Source: Octopus vulgaris (taxonomy: Eukaryota). From it: a DNA stretch of 64,000 bases. Below the pieces are notes generated by a model, which was given only the letters and a program-made list of their open reading frames with translations, was not told where the DNA came from and did no database searches. Position numbers and translations under genes: made by a program. Below are positions 1 to 12,716 of this stretch, one piece after another (within the stretch, counting starts at the first letter, position 1; the number at the start of each line of letters is the position of its first letter). Where the stretch lies: positions 32,550,001-32,614,000 of the forward strand of contig OX597831.1 in NCBI GenBank assembly GCA_951406725.2, given 5' to 3'.

Positions 1-69
1 GTTAAAGTGACACCAAAACATGTCTGAAGTTGTCTTCCTTTGAAATATGAAATTGTTAGTCACTGACTT

Positions 70-264
70 ACTCTTTTACTTGTGTCAGTCATTTGACTGT
101 GGCCATGCTGGAGCACCGCCTTTTAGTCAAGCAAATCGACCCCAGGACTTATTCGTTGGAAGCCTAGTACTTATTCTATTGGTCTCTTTTGCTGAACCGC
201 TAAGTTACGGGGACATAGACACACCTGCATTGGTTGCCAAGCAATGTTGGGGGGACAAGCACAG

Positions 265-325
<61 letters not shown>

Positions 326-742
326 TATTTATTTATGCGCCCTTTTCAAGCCTAGCCAGGCTCATGGGCCCGGTTTCCCGGTTTCTGTGGTGTATGTGTT
401 CCCCCCCCCAGCTGGACGGGACGCCAGTCCATCGCAACGCTACTCAAGAAACAGGAAGAGAGAATGAGAGAAAGTTGTGGTGAATGAGTACAACAGGGGT
501 CGCCACCACCCACTGCTGGAGCCTCGTGGAGCTTTAGGTGTTTTCGCTGAATAAACACACACTCTGCCAGATCAAGACTGGAGCTTGGTGCAGCCATCTG
601 GTTCGCGAGCCCACAGTCAAACCGTCCAACCCATGCTAGCAAGGAAAGCGGACGTTAAACGACGATGATGATGCCCGGTCTGGGAATCGAAAACGCGATT
701 CTCTGACCGCGAGCGCGAGTCCACTGCCCTAACCACTGGGCC

Positions 743-791
<49 letters not shown>

Positions 792-942
792 CATATACGA
801 CGACGGGCTTCTTTCAGTTTCCGTCTACCAAATCCACTCACAAGACTTTGGTCGAAGACACTTGCCCAAGGTGCCATCCAGTAGGACTGAACCCAGAGCC
901 CTGTGGTTGGTAAGCAAGGTACTTACCACACAGCCACTCCTA
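70..942 (-). mobile_element. Nested SINE cluster: CORE-like tRNA SINE interrupted by a V-domain-like SINE, which carries a (GAT)n-tail repeat fragment
   Basis: 70-270 and 790-942 match the tail and head of the complete copy at 52365-52766. 350-740 reads GCGATGGACTGGCGTCCCGTCCAG on the minus strand with a tRNA-like head. 565-672 matches the (GAT)n-tailed family. Confidence 0.65.
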
Positions 943-1430
943 CATAATTTTCCCTTTTACTTCATTTGTTTCTTGTCTAGTTTCTTTTTAATTCCCCCAT
1001 GCATCAAAAGTTTCAGTAATAAAATGTATGTCAACAGTAACATCTGTCTGTCAGTTTGTCTGTCTGGTAGTCTTCATACCTGTATGCCTACCCACCTGTC
1101 TCTTCGCCTATCTGTGTATCTCAATTTAAGCTTCTTACTGCTCCTTTTATTTAGTTTATTACTATTATTTTCATTAATATATTCAACTATATATTTCTGC
1201 TCTGTTAATTAAATATATTCAAAATATCCTTACCCATATATATATATATATGTTATAATACAAAGGCATTAAACACATACACAATATGTGTTTGTATATA
1301 TATAACTATATGTGTGTGTTTTTGTTTTGCCTGTCCAACAAATATGGTCATACAGGGCGCCGTCCTATTGCCTGTTCATTTTAATATGTATGTATGTGTG
1401 TGTGTGTGTGTGTGCGTGTATGTATGTATG

Positions 1431-1468
<38 letters not shown>

Positions 1469-1779
1469 CATACACACACACATAAAAACACGTGCGGGCA
1501 CGTAATGTATGTGTGGTTTCCATGACTAAAATTAATAATTCAACGACCTTTATGCATGGATAGAAATAGTTTTTTATACATATATTTGTGTGTACATACG
1601 CATTGTTAATGTCTTCTACATATAGCTGCATAGACAATTATATTTGCATATATACACTCATACACGTTTGCTTAATCCATGTGCGTGTGTATGTATATAT
1701 ATATATCTTCCAGAGCACTTGTAGGGTATGTCCTTTCTATGATTTAAATATCTCTTCTCTGATATATATATATGCTGTG

Positions 1780-2392
1780 ATTGAGAAGACCCGGCAAGAC
1801 TAGTGAGACCATAACCCGTGGCCTCTACCTGGTATGTAGCCTGTCGACTTATACATACCTTTCCTTCTTGGGACACAAAGCTCCACTTGTGAAGACCCGT
1901 TGAGGCAAGTGAAAATCAAAATCAAACCAAATCAAATCAGATATCAGAAAGCAGAACCAAAATCGAAGTCGATCAACATCAATGGAAATTGCAGCTGTGA
2001 TACCAGTGCCAGTGGCAAGTAAGCGAACCATTTGATCATGGCCGTTGCCAGCGCTGCCCCGGCTGGCCCCCGTGCCGGTGGCATGTAAAAAGCACCATCC
2101 GTTCGTGGCCGTTGCCAGCCTCGCCTGGCCCCCGTGCCGGTGGGACGTAAAAAGCACCATCCGTCCGTGGCCGTTTGCTAGCTCCGTCTGGCACCTGTGT
2201 GGGTGACACGTAAAAAGCACCCACTACACTCACGGAGTGGTTGGCGTTAGGAAGGGCATCCAGCCGTAGAAACATTGCCAGATCAGACTGGGCCTGATGC
2301 AGCCTTCTGGCTTCACAGACCCCAGTTGAACCGTCCAACCCATGCTAGCATGGAAAGCGGACGCTAAATGATGATGATGAGGATGATGATGA
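1780..2392 (+). mobile_element. Abundant SINE-like repeat with internal GGCACGTAAAAAGCACC subrepeats and (GAT)n tail
   Basis: GTTGGCGTTAGGAAGGGCATCCAGC...CCATGCTAGCATGGAAAGCGGACG..(GAT)n recurs, in both orientations, at ~11550-11960, 15925-16170, 17535-17915, 26275-26890 and 32030-32265. Confidence 0.75.
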
Positions 2393-2418
2393 TATATATG
2401 TATGTGTATATATATATG

Positions 2419-2455
<37 letters not shown>

Positions 2456-2515
2456 TCATCATCATCATCGTTTAATGTCCACTTTCCATGCTAGCATGGG
2501 TTGGACGGTAGCATG

Positions 2516-2548
<33 letters not shown>

Positions 2549-2549
2549 G

Positions 2550-2580
<31 letters not shown>

Positions 2581-2587
2581 GTATATA

Positions 2588-4299
2588 CACTTGCGTCGGA
2601 AATTAATTAGCACTTCTCAAATTTCTACATTTTCTTACATTTTCTTAATTTAATTAACTTATTATCAGAAACGAACTCGTTTTTAATCAAAAATTTATTA
2701 AAACATCTTCCAGCACACCACATAATTGTTATTAATTGTGAAATTTAGTCAATATCTTGTTGCTCCTCTTTTGGCAGCAATGACAGCTGCTACGCGGGTC
2801 GGCATGCTGTCTATGAGTGCCTGCAGGTACTGTGCAGGGATGGCCCTCCATGGAGCAAGAAGTGCCCCAAACAGCTCGTGTCGGTTCCTGTATTACTGCA
2901 CATTCAAATCCCTACCCAATCGACTCCAGAGGTTCTCAATAGGGTTCAGGTTAGGTGACTGGCCAGGCCAGTCCATGACCGTCACCCCATAGTCCTTGAA
3001 GAAACCGGTTGTGAGCTTGGCTGTGTGGGAAGGCGCGTTGTTCTGCTGGAGCACGTACTCCTCGCCACCAAAGAGGTATCCCGTACTATCTCAACGTACT
3101 TTGCTGCGTTGATGTTGCCTTCGATGGCATAGAGCCGCCTAACACCACTGTAGCTGAACGCCCCTCACACCATCAGACCACCCCCACCATGCTTCATGGT
3201 GGGAGCAATGCAGTCTTTGTTGAAGCGGTCACCCCTGCGGCGTCGCACATGGACAGGCTTGTCACTGACGAGACTGAATCGCGACTCGTCAGTGAACATC
3301 ACTGTCCGCCACTGCTGCACGGTCCATATCTTGTGGGCACAGGCCCAGAGCAGCCGCCTCTTCCGGTTTTGGGCTGTAAGGAGCAGCTTACGGGCGGCCC
3401 TACAGGATTTTAGACCAGCTTCCAGTAATCTGGTCTTGACGGTGGTTGTAGACAACTGCTTCCCTGTCATCTTTTGCATCTCCTCCGCCAGTTACTGGCT
3501 CGTTGCCCTTCGGTTGTACAGTGACTTTTGGATCAGCATCCGGTCCTCCCGCTGGGTCGTCAACCTCTTCCGTCCCCTACCCTTTTTGTCAGCTGCTGAT
3601 CCGGTTTCCTCGTGTTTCTTAAATAAGCACTGAATTGTGCGCCTGGCTACACCAAGTTTTCTGGCAATTGCAGCCTCCGACAGCTTCCCACGCCACGAGA
3701 GAGCCTCGTACTGTCTCTCCAAGGTCATGCGAGGTCTTGGGCCCATCTAGGAATGAACGATAAAAACCAGTTATTTTCATTAAAACTATTCATTTGAATA
3801 ATGTTATGCTATAACAAAACTGCTATGAGTTATTATTCATTAAACAAAAAAGAAAGAAAGCAGAATTTCTCACCTTATTTGATGTATAACAGAAAGTTTT
3901 GTGAACCGGAAGTGACGTCACCAAGCAGAGTGTAGGAGAATTTGTGAGGAAAAAAAAATCTTGCAAATACACAAATCAATTAACCTATGAGCTGTTCAAA
4001 ACGTCTTACGCGATGAGAAAACTTAGTACGGTGTGATTTCGGTCCTTGCGAGGTGCTACCTATATCTATTAAACAAAGGAAGATTTGTCTGCATCTGCAC
4101 TACAAGTTGTTGTTGCACTGCTATGTCAACATCATTAGGCTGTAGACTCTGAAACTGCTCTGCAAACAAAGTTACGTGATCGTTCTGCGCAACAGTGAAC
4201 TCGCAACAAAGCAATAGTTCGAGATATAGCCACTAGGTGACAGCAAATACCTTGAGTGAAGAGCAAATCAAGGGTGCTAATTAATTTCTGACGGTAGTG
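2588..4299 (-). mobile_element. Full-length Tc1-family DNA transposon, inactive
   Basis: 26-bp imperfect TIRs CACTTGCGTCGGAAATTAATTAGCAC / GTGCTAATTAATTTCTGACGGTAGTG, with TA on both sides, inserted in a (TA)n tract; 1.7 kb. Confidence 0.92.
2749..3746 (-). pseudogene. Tc1 transposase pseudogene
   Basis: HTH and GRKR motif, VMFTDES, KHGGGGLMV*, QQNNAPSH (second catalytic D now N), WPGQSPNLNPIENLW, end AKRGATRY*. Contains in-frame stops and frameshifts. Confidence 0.9.
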
Positions 4300-4671
4300 T
4301 ATATATATGTATATATATGTATATATATATATGTATATATATGTATATATATATGTATATATATATGTATGTATATATGTATGTATATATATATGTATGT
4401 ATATATGTATATATATGTATGTATATATATATGTATATATATGTGTATGTATATATATATGTATATATATGTGTATATATATATGTATGTATATATATAT
4501 GTATATATATGTATATATATGTATATATATATATGTATATATATGTATATATATATATGTATATATATGTATATATATGTATGTATATATATGTATATAT
4601 ATGTATATATATGTATATATATATATGTATATATATGTGTATATATATGTGTATATATATGTATATGTATG

Positions 4672-4716
<45 letters not shown>
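4297..4716. repeat. Degenerate (TA)n/(TATATG)n microsatellite
   Basis: Direct reading. Confidence 0.95.
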
Positions 4717-4718
<2 letters not shown>

Positions 4719-4816
4719 ATAATTATTTGAAGGAATATAAATCCAAGCTTACAGGGAAAAAAATTCAATTTAGAAATACTAAATCAAATTTCACACAATA
4801 TATATATATATATGTA

Positions 4817-5242
4817 TTCCTGGAAGGACTTGTCCCAAACTTTGGCATCGAGAGTCACACAAATGCCAGAACCGGGCGCCACTGCGTGGTACCAAGGACT
4901 CCAAATTTGCCATCAAGATGTAGGACAAGATACTGTGATAGCCTGGGCTTCAGAGGCCCACAGCTCATTAATATCCTCCCGAGGAACCTGAGGGACCTGC
5001 ATGGTGTAGATGTGGATGTCTTTAAAGTAGGACTGGATCTCTTCCTGTCAGGTGTCCCGGATGAACCAACTTCACGGCAGGAGTTGCAGATGAGGGCAGC
5101 TGCATCGAACTCTCTCATGCATCAAATGGCAGTTGCTAAAAAGCATTCGTGAGGTAAAATCATGTAGCAAACCAAATGGCGGTGCCCCAGCATGGCCACA
5201 GCTCATGAGCTGAAACTGGAAAAATCAAAATCAAAATCAAAT
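4817..5242 (+). mobile_element. 3' fragment of CR1/L2-group LINE with structured 3' UTR and (CAAAAT)n tail
   Basis: LEGLVPNFG...[30 protein letters not shown]; paralogous to 9945-10330. Confidence 0.8.
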
Positions 5243-5487
5243 CATATATATATATATATATATATATATTTGTATGTATGTGTGTGTGTGTGTGTGTATG
5301 TATGTGGGTGTGTGGTAAGAAGCTTGCTTAAGAAGCTTGCTTACCACCCACATGGTTTTGAGTTCAGATTCACTGTGTGGCACCTTGGGAAAGTGTCTTC
5401 TGCTATGGCTTCAAACTGACCAAAACCTTGTGAGTGGATTTGGTAGACAGAAACTGAAGGAAGCCTGTTACATATATCTCTCTATAT

Positions 5488-5520
<33 letters not shown>

Positions 5521-5532
5521 CATATATATACA

Positions 5533-8500
5533 GTGGTCCTACAAAGGAACAGAGTCCTCACTCCATTGGACAATCAGAGGAATGCAAGTGCTACCACAAG
5601 AAAAGGAAGGAAAGAACACGAGCACAAACATAAAGGCGGAAGGGGAGAAAAAGGAAAAAGAAAAAATGAAGTAACTAAAACTGAAACCCCAAATCACCAA
5701 ACACTAAACAAAACTCAAATATGAAGGTTCCAATGGAATTTGAAACCCTAGGAGAGAGAAGAAATTTGGAGGGTACTCAAGGACCTGTAAATTTTACTTG
5801 CAAGGCAAATGTTGGCATAGGTAAGACTGTAGAGAAATACTTCCCTGAGGAAAGGCACCAATCGCCTCCAAAGAAAAGTATGCAAAAGCAGTGCGCCCTT
5901 CAGATGTTATGCAGAAGGCAGCAGCTGAGCAAGAGTCTTTTTTGTGCATGGTGCAAAACACTGTGCAGAAGCTGACTTGGCTACATCAAGTGCAAACAAG
6001 GAACCTTGCCCAACACTGCGCAAGACCACCACAATCAACAGACACAGGATGGTTTCCCCTAACGCCTGCGCAATCATCACGCCAATATTTTTACTAAATA
6101 TTAGGGGCCTGTTGCATTGTAACAACAAAAGCAAAATTTTTTTCCTGAGATACCTTGCTGCATGTAATCAAGCCCTATGCATAGCACTCATGGAAACTCA
6201 TCTGAGCCCTAATATAGAGGATGCAGAAGCACATGTACCAAAATATACCATACTGCAAACAGATAGAAAAGAAAGGAGCCATGGTGGAATTGCTGTATAT
6301 ATCCTTGATGACCTCACATCCCAGGTCTTATTGTCATACTCAAATTCAGTATATGACACTCTAATTGTATACATGAGACAACACAATGTAGTCATATGCA
6401 ATGCATATCACCCACTGGATGCTCCAAACCACATAGGCAAGTTTGAAGATTGCCTCACAAAAATTAAAGAAATCCTCATGAAACTGGAACACCACGTGAG
6501 CATATTTCTTAGGGTGATTTCAACTTCCCTAATGTCATATGGCCTGAAGGTCTCATGATCTCAAGAATGACTCCTTGCAAACAAGCACAAGTGGAGACCC
6601 TGCTCAACCTTACCAATGCCCTATTCATGGAATAAGTTGTCAGACTAACTAGGGTGAATAACATTTTGGATCTCTGTTTCACAAGCAATATGGACATTGT
6701 TCTTGATGTGAAGGTGACACCAACATTAGCCTCAGATCACAACATAATAGAGCTGTCTATGTATGGGCCAGAGACATACAGCCTAAAGGAAGCACCCAAA
6801 ATCTCTCCAATCTGAACTTTCACAAAACACTGGAAATTGATCCGAAAAGCAATCTGCAGACAGGACTGGCTGAAATGTCTCTCCACACCAGACATTGGCA
6901 TGAAACTAGAATAACTCATGTCTGTTATGCAAACCATATGCCAGAAATATGTCGCAGAGCACAAGGCCAACACAAAAAGGAACAAGATTCCAAGGGAAAG
7001 GAAGATCCTTATGAGACGATGGACGAAGGTTGCAAATTGCCTCAAGCAACATTCCAAAAGTAGTGAAAGGTCCTGCCTAAAAACAACACTGATAGAGATT
7101 GAAAAAAGCCTGCAACAATCCTATGTGAGGGAGAGAGAGCAGACAAAGAAGCCTGGATTATAAAAAACATTAAGTCAAACTCAAAGGCCTCTTTCATTAT
7201 GTGAAAGAAACAGTCTCAGTACGCTGCAGCATAGGACACCTCTTCCAAAAGGATGACTACCTCACAGATAGTCCAACCAGGATCAGTGAGGTACTGAATG
7301 ACCAGTTCAAAAGTGTCTTTACCACTCCATTGGAACACAGACAAGTTAATAAACCTGTGGATTTCTTTGCTTCCTCACCTGTAACCAATGAGGCTGTTAC
7401 GATGGATTACATTGACATTAGCGAAGAAGATATACTACTAGCCATAGATGAGGTGGATGCAAACTCAGCTGCTGGTCCTGATGGTTTCCCAGCAATCCCC
7501 CTCGAATCATGTAAGTGTGCCCTGGTGAAACCTCTACAGATTCTCTTCCAGAGCTTTCTTGCAAATGGCAGGTTGCCAAGCAAACTGAAGGAGGGAATAA
7601 TATGCCCAATCTGCAAAGGTGAAGCAGAGCAGATACTAAAAACTATAGGCCTATCCCTCTGACTTCACACATCAACAAAGTCATGGAACGGATATTGAGA
7701 GGGGAACTAATCGCATTCCTTGAAGAAAATAACTTGCTGAGTGATACCCAGCATGGTTTTTGACCAGATAGGAGCTGCCTGACCCAGCTCTTACAGCACT
7801 ATGACTGGGTGTTGGGGCAGTTGCTCAACAACTCAAATGTGGATGTAATATACCTTGATTTTGTAAAAGCTTTTGATAAAGTGGATCATGGTATGATATG
7901 CTACAAACTGTATGATCTCGGCATAGCTGGAAAACCTGAAAGATAGAAGTCAGGCAGTAGTGGCCAATGGAGTCACCTCAATGAAAACACAATTAGTGAG
8001 CAGTGTTCCACAGGACACTGTCTTGGACCTCTCAGATATGTCCTCAACTGCCTGGATAGCCACTCTTGCTAGCTATGCAGACAATACAAAAGTCTCGCAG
8101 AAAATACAGAAACCCAGCGATGTTGCACATCTGCAGCAGGAGTGGACTCAATTTACAGATGGACTGAGGATAATAATATGCAGTTTAATGCTGGAAAATT
8201 CCAAGCCCTGCGCTATCAGTATCCAAAACTGAATATAAAACTTACAGGGTCTACTGGTCCACAGAGTATTACAATCCCAGAGCCCAAATCAGTGAGGGAC
8301 CTGGGTATCGACATGAGTGATAGTTAAGTTAATCTTTTGGCTCAAAAAGCAAAAAGCAAGGCCATGTAGGGAGACATGGAGTTATGTACAGGGAGGGTGT
8401 TCATGCAAAGAGTTCAGGCCATTTCTTGTCAAGAGAGACTTTTAACCGAGCGGTCGTCGGCATCTTCACTATCTCATCCGGCAGCTTATTCCACGGATCC

Positions 8501-10326
8501 GCAACCCGGACGGAGAAAGCCCCTCTCCTTTGATTGAGATGAAATCGTCGCAGATAGAGCTTTTCAGAGTGACCCTGCAGCTGACGCTCTGGAGCAGGAG
8601 TGAAGAACAGCTCTTTCGAGAGGTTACACTTACCGCTTATGATGTTGTGAGCAAGAATGAGATCACCACGGCGGCGTCATTTTTCTAGAGAATAAAGGTC
8701 GAGCGTCTTCAGCCTTTCTTCATAAGACAAATGCTTGAGACCAAGAACCATGCAGGTAGCCAGCTTCTGGACTCTTTCAAGATGATGTATGTCTTTGATA
8801 AGGAGAAGAGGCTTGAATCCCGTACTCCAATATGGGTCTCACCAGCATGACATAGAGTGGTAGGAATATGGCTGCTGTGAGCATTCCGAATGACCATCGA
8901 ATCAAAAACAACTCTTTGTTGGCAGCATGGACGCACTGGGCCGAAGGCGAAAAGGAAGAATCCGCCAAGATACCCAGGTCCTTTACCTGGTCAGTCGACC
9001 CGGCTCGAAATCAAGTTGAGTTGCAGGAGAAGAGCCAACAGGCAGATGACAGCACTTTGACACGTTCAGACACAGGTCCCAATTGTTAGACCATCTCCAA
9101 ACTTGGTGGAGGCATCGATGAAGATCATCTATATCACCGCGAGGAGCGACCAGTTTGACATCATCGGCAAATAGAAGGGTGTGTTGCGTGAGGTCGTCGG
9201 GCAAGTCATTTATGAAGACTAAAAACAATAAGGGCCCAGGCACTGAACCTTGAGGCACGCCACTGCTCGCACTGGAGACGTCGGACAGCGAACCATTAAC
9301 TTGGACTTGGAAGGAGCGATCTAAGAGGAAGGCACCAACCCATTGTACAATATCCGGATGGAAACTATATGCTTGAAGCTTGACAAGTAATAGGCGGTGG
9401 TTAACCGAGTCAAATGCTTTGGCAAAGTCCAATAAAACAATGTCAACATCATCACCATCATCCAGGATACGCGTCACCAATTCTTCCATTACCAGTAAGT
9501 TGGTCAAGCATGACCTCTTCGGCACGAAGCCGTGTTGGGAATCAGAGATAGAGGCTGTGTTTTGGAGGTGGAGCAACATACTTTTCTTAAGGATGGTTTC
9601 GAACATCTTGCTGATTATTGATAATGCCTCTTTCCAAGTGCACATTACGAGGATGGCGACAAAGTGCAGACGACTGGCTGACTGGATCCAGAGAATGTTC
9701 AGAAACAGAGAAATGGAAACCATGATGGCCCTCTAGAGGGCATTTGTCCTCAGCCGCCTGGAATGCTGCTCCCAGCTATGTAAAATTAACAATGGACCTT
9801 AAAGCAATCCAGCAAAGCTTCACAAAGAAGATCATCTCATTGCAACAGCTCAGCTACTGGGAAAGGCTGAAACAACTAAGACTCTACTCCCTGGAGCAAA
9901 GGTGGGAGAGATATGCAGTAATATACATGTGGAAGATCCTTGAAAGAATTGTGCCAAATTTTGGCAATGAAAGCTACACCATGCAAGAAAGGGTTGACAC
10001 TGCCCAGTACCAAAGATCCCAGCAATGCTATCACGCTTCACAACCAGTTACTGCAACAGCCTGGGTTTCAGGGGCCCACAGCATTTTAATATTCTCCCAA
10101 AGAGCCCGAGGGACCTACACAAAATGGATGTAGGTGTTTTCAAATCAAAACTTGACCTCTTCCTGTCGAGAGTCCCAAATGAACCTACCTCACAGCAAGA
10201 GGTGCAAATGAGGGTAGCAACATCAAACTCCATTCTTTAACAAGTGCCACATATTAAAGGAGGCTCTCAGTAATATCAATGTCGCAAAACAGTGGTGCCC
10301 CAGCATGGCTACAGCTCTGAGCTGAA

Positions 10327-10330
<4 letters not shown>
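5533..10330 (+). mobile_element. Near full-length decayed CR1/L2-group LINE (APE endonuclease + RT), interrupted at 8323-9618
   Basis: EN motifs LLNIRGL, METHL, HGGIAVY, SDH. RT motifs AAGPDG, QHGF, YLDFVKAFDKVDH, VPQ, YADNTK, VRDLG. C-terminal SLGFRGP..LDLFLSRVP. Many stops and frameshifts. Confidence 0.85.
8323..9618 (-). mobile_element. 5'-truncated CR1-type LINE inserted into the older LINE
   Basis: ORF 8983-9723 has QHGFVPKRSCLTNL, LDFAKAFDSVNH, GVPQGSV, FADDVKL. Flanked by TGATA (8318-8322 and 9619-9623); the 3' end reads ...ATTAACTTAAC. Confidence 0.88.
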
Positions 10331-10366
<36 letters not shown>

Positions 10367-12068
10367 AGCACACACATATATGTGGTTTTAAGTTTCGAGC
10401 AAAGCTCTTCTTCAGAAACAGGAGACAGAGAAAGTCTAAGAGAAAAGGAAGACGGAAGAAAAAATTCACCAATGATTCACATGTAGTTACATTTTGAAAT
10501 GACCGGAAGGGAATGGGTGGAAAAAAAGTTCTTTCTAAGACAGGAGAGTATAAGAAGAGGTATGTGCGTGTATGTGTAGGTATGTGCGTTTGTGCAAGTC
10601 TGTGTGTGTGGTGTTGGCTGTTTATGTGTGTATGTGTGAGTGAACTTTGTGTCTGTTAATGTTGTAGGAAGGATTCATCAGCATGGTAACAGGAATGGTG
10701 GTTCTTTGTGTAGTTGTGTGTCTCTTCACATGTGCATAGAAAGATGTTCGAGTGGCAGTTTGAAGTATGTGTGTGCATGTGTATGTGTGGAGTTATATGT
10801 GCGTACATGTGTGTGTATATGCGTGTGTATGCCCATGTATGTATGTGTGCCTGCGTGCGAATGTTTTTTGACGTGCCACCAGCACAAGTGCCAGTAAGGC
10901 GACACAGGTAACGATCACACTCGAATGGTGCTTTTTACGTGCCACCGGCACGGAGGCCAGTTTGTTGCTCTGGCAACGATCATGCTTGTATGGTACTTTT
11001 AGCACTCCACTGGCATGAATGCCAGTCATCGAATTTGATTTCGATTTCACTTGCTTCAACAGGTCTTCAGGCTCCACTCAAACCATCTGACCCATGTTGG
11101 TATAGAAAGCGGATGTTAAATGAGGACAAGCTACTGCCATGTGAAAACCACCCAGTACACTCTGCAAAGTGGTTCGTATTAAAAAGGATGTCCAGCCATA
11201 GAAACCATACCAAAGCTGACAGTGAAGCATGGCACAGTCTTCTGACTTGCTTCTTTGTATCAAACCGTCCAACCCATGCCAGCATGGAAAATGGAAGTCC
11301 AATGTTGATAACGATCGTATATTTATTGCCATATAAAATGTTTCTTTTTTTTGCTATAAATGTATCCTAAAATCAGTTTCTTATTTGGCTGTATGACAGA
11401 CAGACGTGAGACTGGGTGCCATAGATTGGAGGCAACTGGATGAGCTGAAGTCGGCTAAGTACAAGAATTGCTATTAATAAAATGATATTGGAGACAGGCC
11501 AAAATATTACAGTCTGTTCACACAAACTTATGAAAATTCACTTATAGTAACATCATCATCATCATCGTTTAACGTCCGTTTTCCATGCTGGCATGGTTGG
11601 ACAGTTTAACTGGGTTCTGGGAAGCCAGGAGGCTGCATCAGGCTCCAGTCTAATCTAGCAGTGTTTCTACAGCTGGATGACCTTCCTAACGCCAGCCACT
11701 CCGAGAGTGTAGTGGGTGCTTTTTATGTACCACTGGCACAAGGGCCAGAGGAGGCTGGCAATGACCACAATCGGCTGGTGTTTTTTATGTGACACTGGCA
11801 CAGAAGCCAGTCAAGGTGGCGCTGGCATTGGCCATGTTCGGATGGTGCTTTTTATGTGCCATCAGCATGAGGATCACAACTACAATTTGCATTTGATTTT
11901 GATGTACTTTACTCAATAGGTCTCTTCAAGCACAGCACGTCACCCTACGATCCAAGGTATATGTGTGTATACACATGTGTATGTTTATATATGTATATGT
12001 GTGTTTGTGTATTTTATGTATATGTAAGTATATATGTAAAGTATGTTTATTTATTTATTTTTTGGCAG

Positions 12069-12309
12069 GTTTGGCTGGTATTCAGTGGAAGAAGTTCTTG
12101 GGTAAGAAGGCCCATGTGACTATAACAGACCGAAACAACCTCGACTTATTAGAGGCAAACTGCTACCGTAACAGCATGTTACCGAAGGAACTGCCAATAG
12201 ACTACAGTCGAGCACCTGGTCTCCCTCTTCCGCACCAACTCATCGACGAAATATTTGTGCAGCAAGTCTCTGCAAATGTTATTATGCACCTGGAGGCATT
12301 TGATTTCAT
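12069..12309 (+). CDS. TRMT1L: TRMT1L internal coding exon A (first in window)
   Basis: ttggcag acceptor and AT|gtaagt donor. Encodes GLAGIQWKKFLGKKAHVTITDRNNLDLLEANC...SANVIMHLEAFDF, resembling human TRMT1L GIMGLQWAKHLG..VTIND..ANVLMHLRSFDF. Phase fits the next exon. Confidence 0.92.
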
Positions 12310-12672
12310 GTAAGTTTGCACCGCATCACACTGCGGTTTGAAAATGCAGTTGGAGGAGTTTTTGTTGTTGTTGTTTCTGTGATAGGAATATTTTTTTCCT
12401 AATGGTATGAAGTGCAAGCGTGACTGTGGTGGTTAAGAAGTTAGCTTGCCAACCACATGGTTCCAGGTTCAGTCCCACATTGTGGCACCTTGTTGTCTCA
12501 GCCAACCAAAGCCTTGTGAGTGGATTTGCTTGACAGAAACATTGGATAGAAATCCTTGTTAGACTGAAGCATGAAGAAGGGCATCTAACCATTAAAACCA
12601 TTCCAAAACAGGCATTGGTTCCTGTCAAATTGTCCAATCCATGCCAGCATGGCACAATGAATATGATTGTGA

Positions 12673-12704
<32 letters not shown>

Positions 12705-12716
<12 letters not shown>

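Noticed and set aside
4277-4768. Long YI/VC/HT-repeat ORFs here and at ~39.4, 43.2, 51.6, 53.8 and 59-62 kb
   Set aside because: They are translations of dinucleotide microsatellites that lack stop codons; there is no other coding evidence.
1-12068. Upstream TRMT1L exons (zinc fingers, motif I)
   Set aside because: No matching spliceable segment found; they probably lie before the window, so calling this region intron is an inference.
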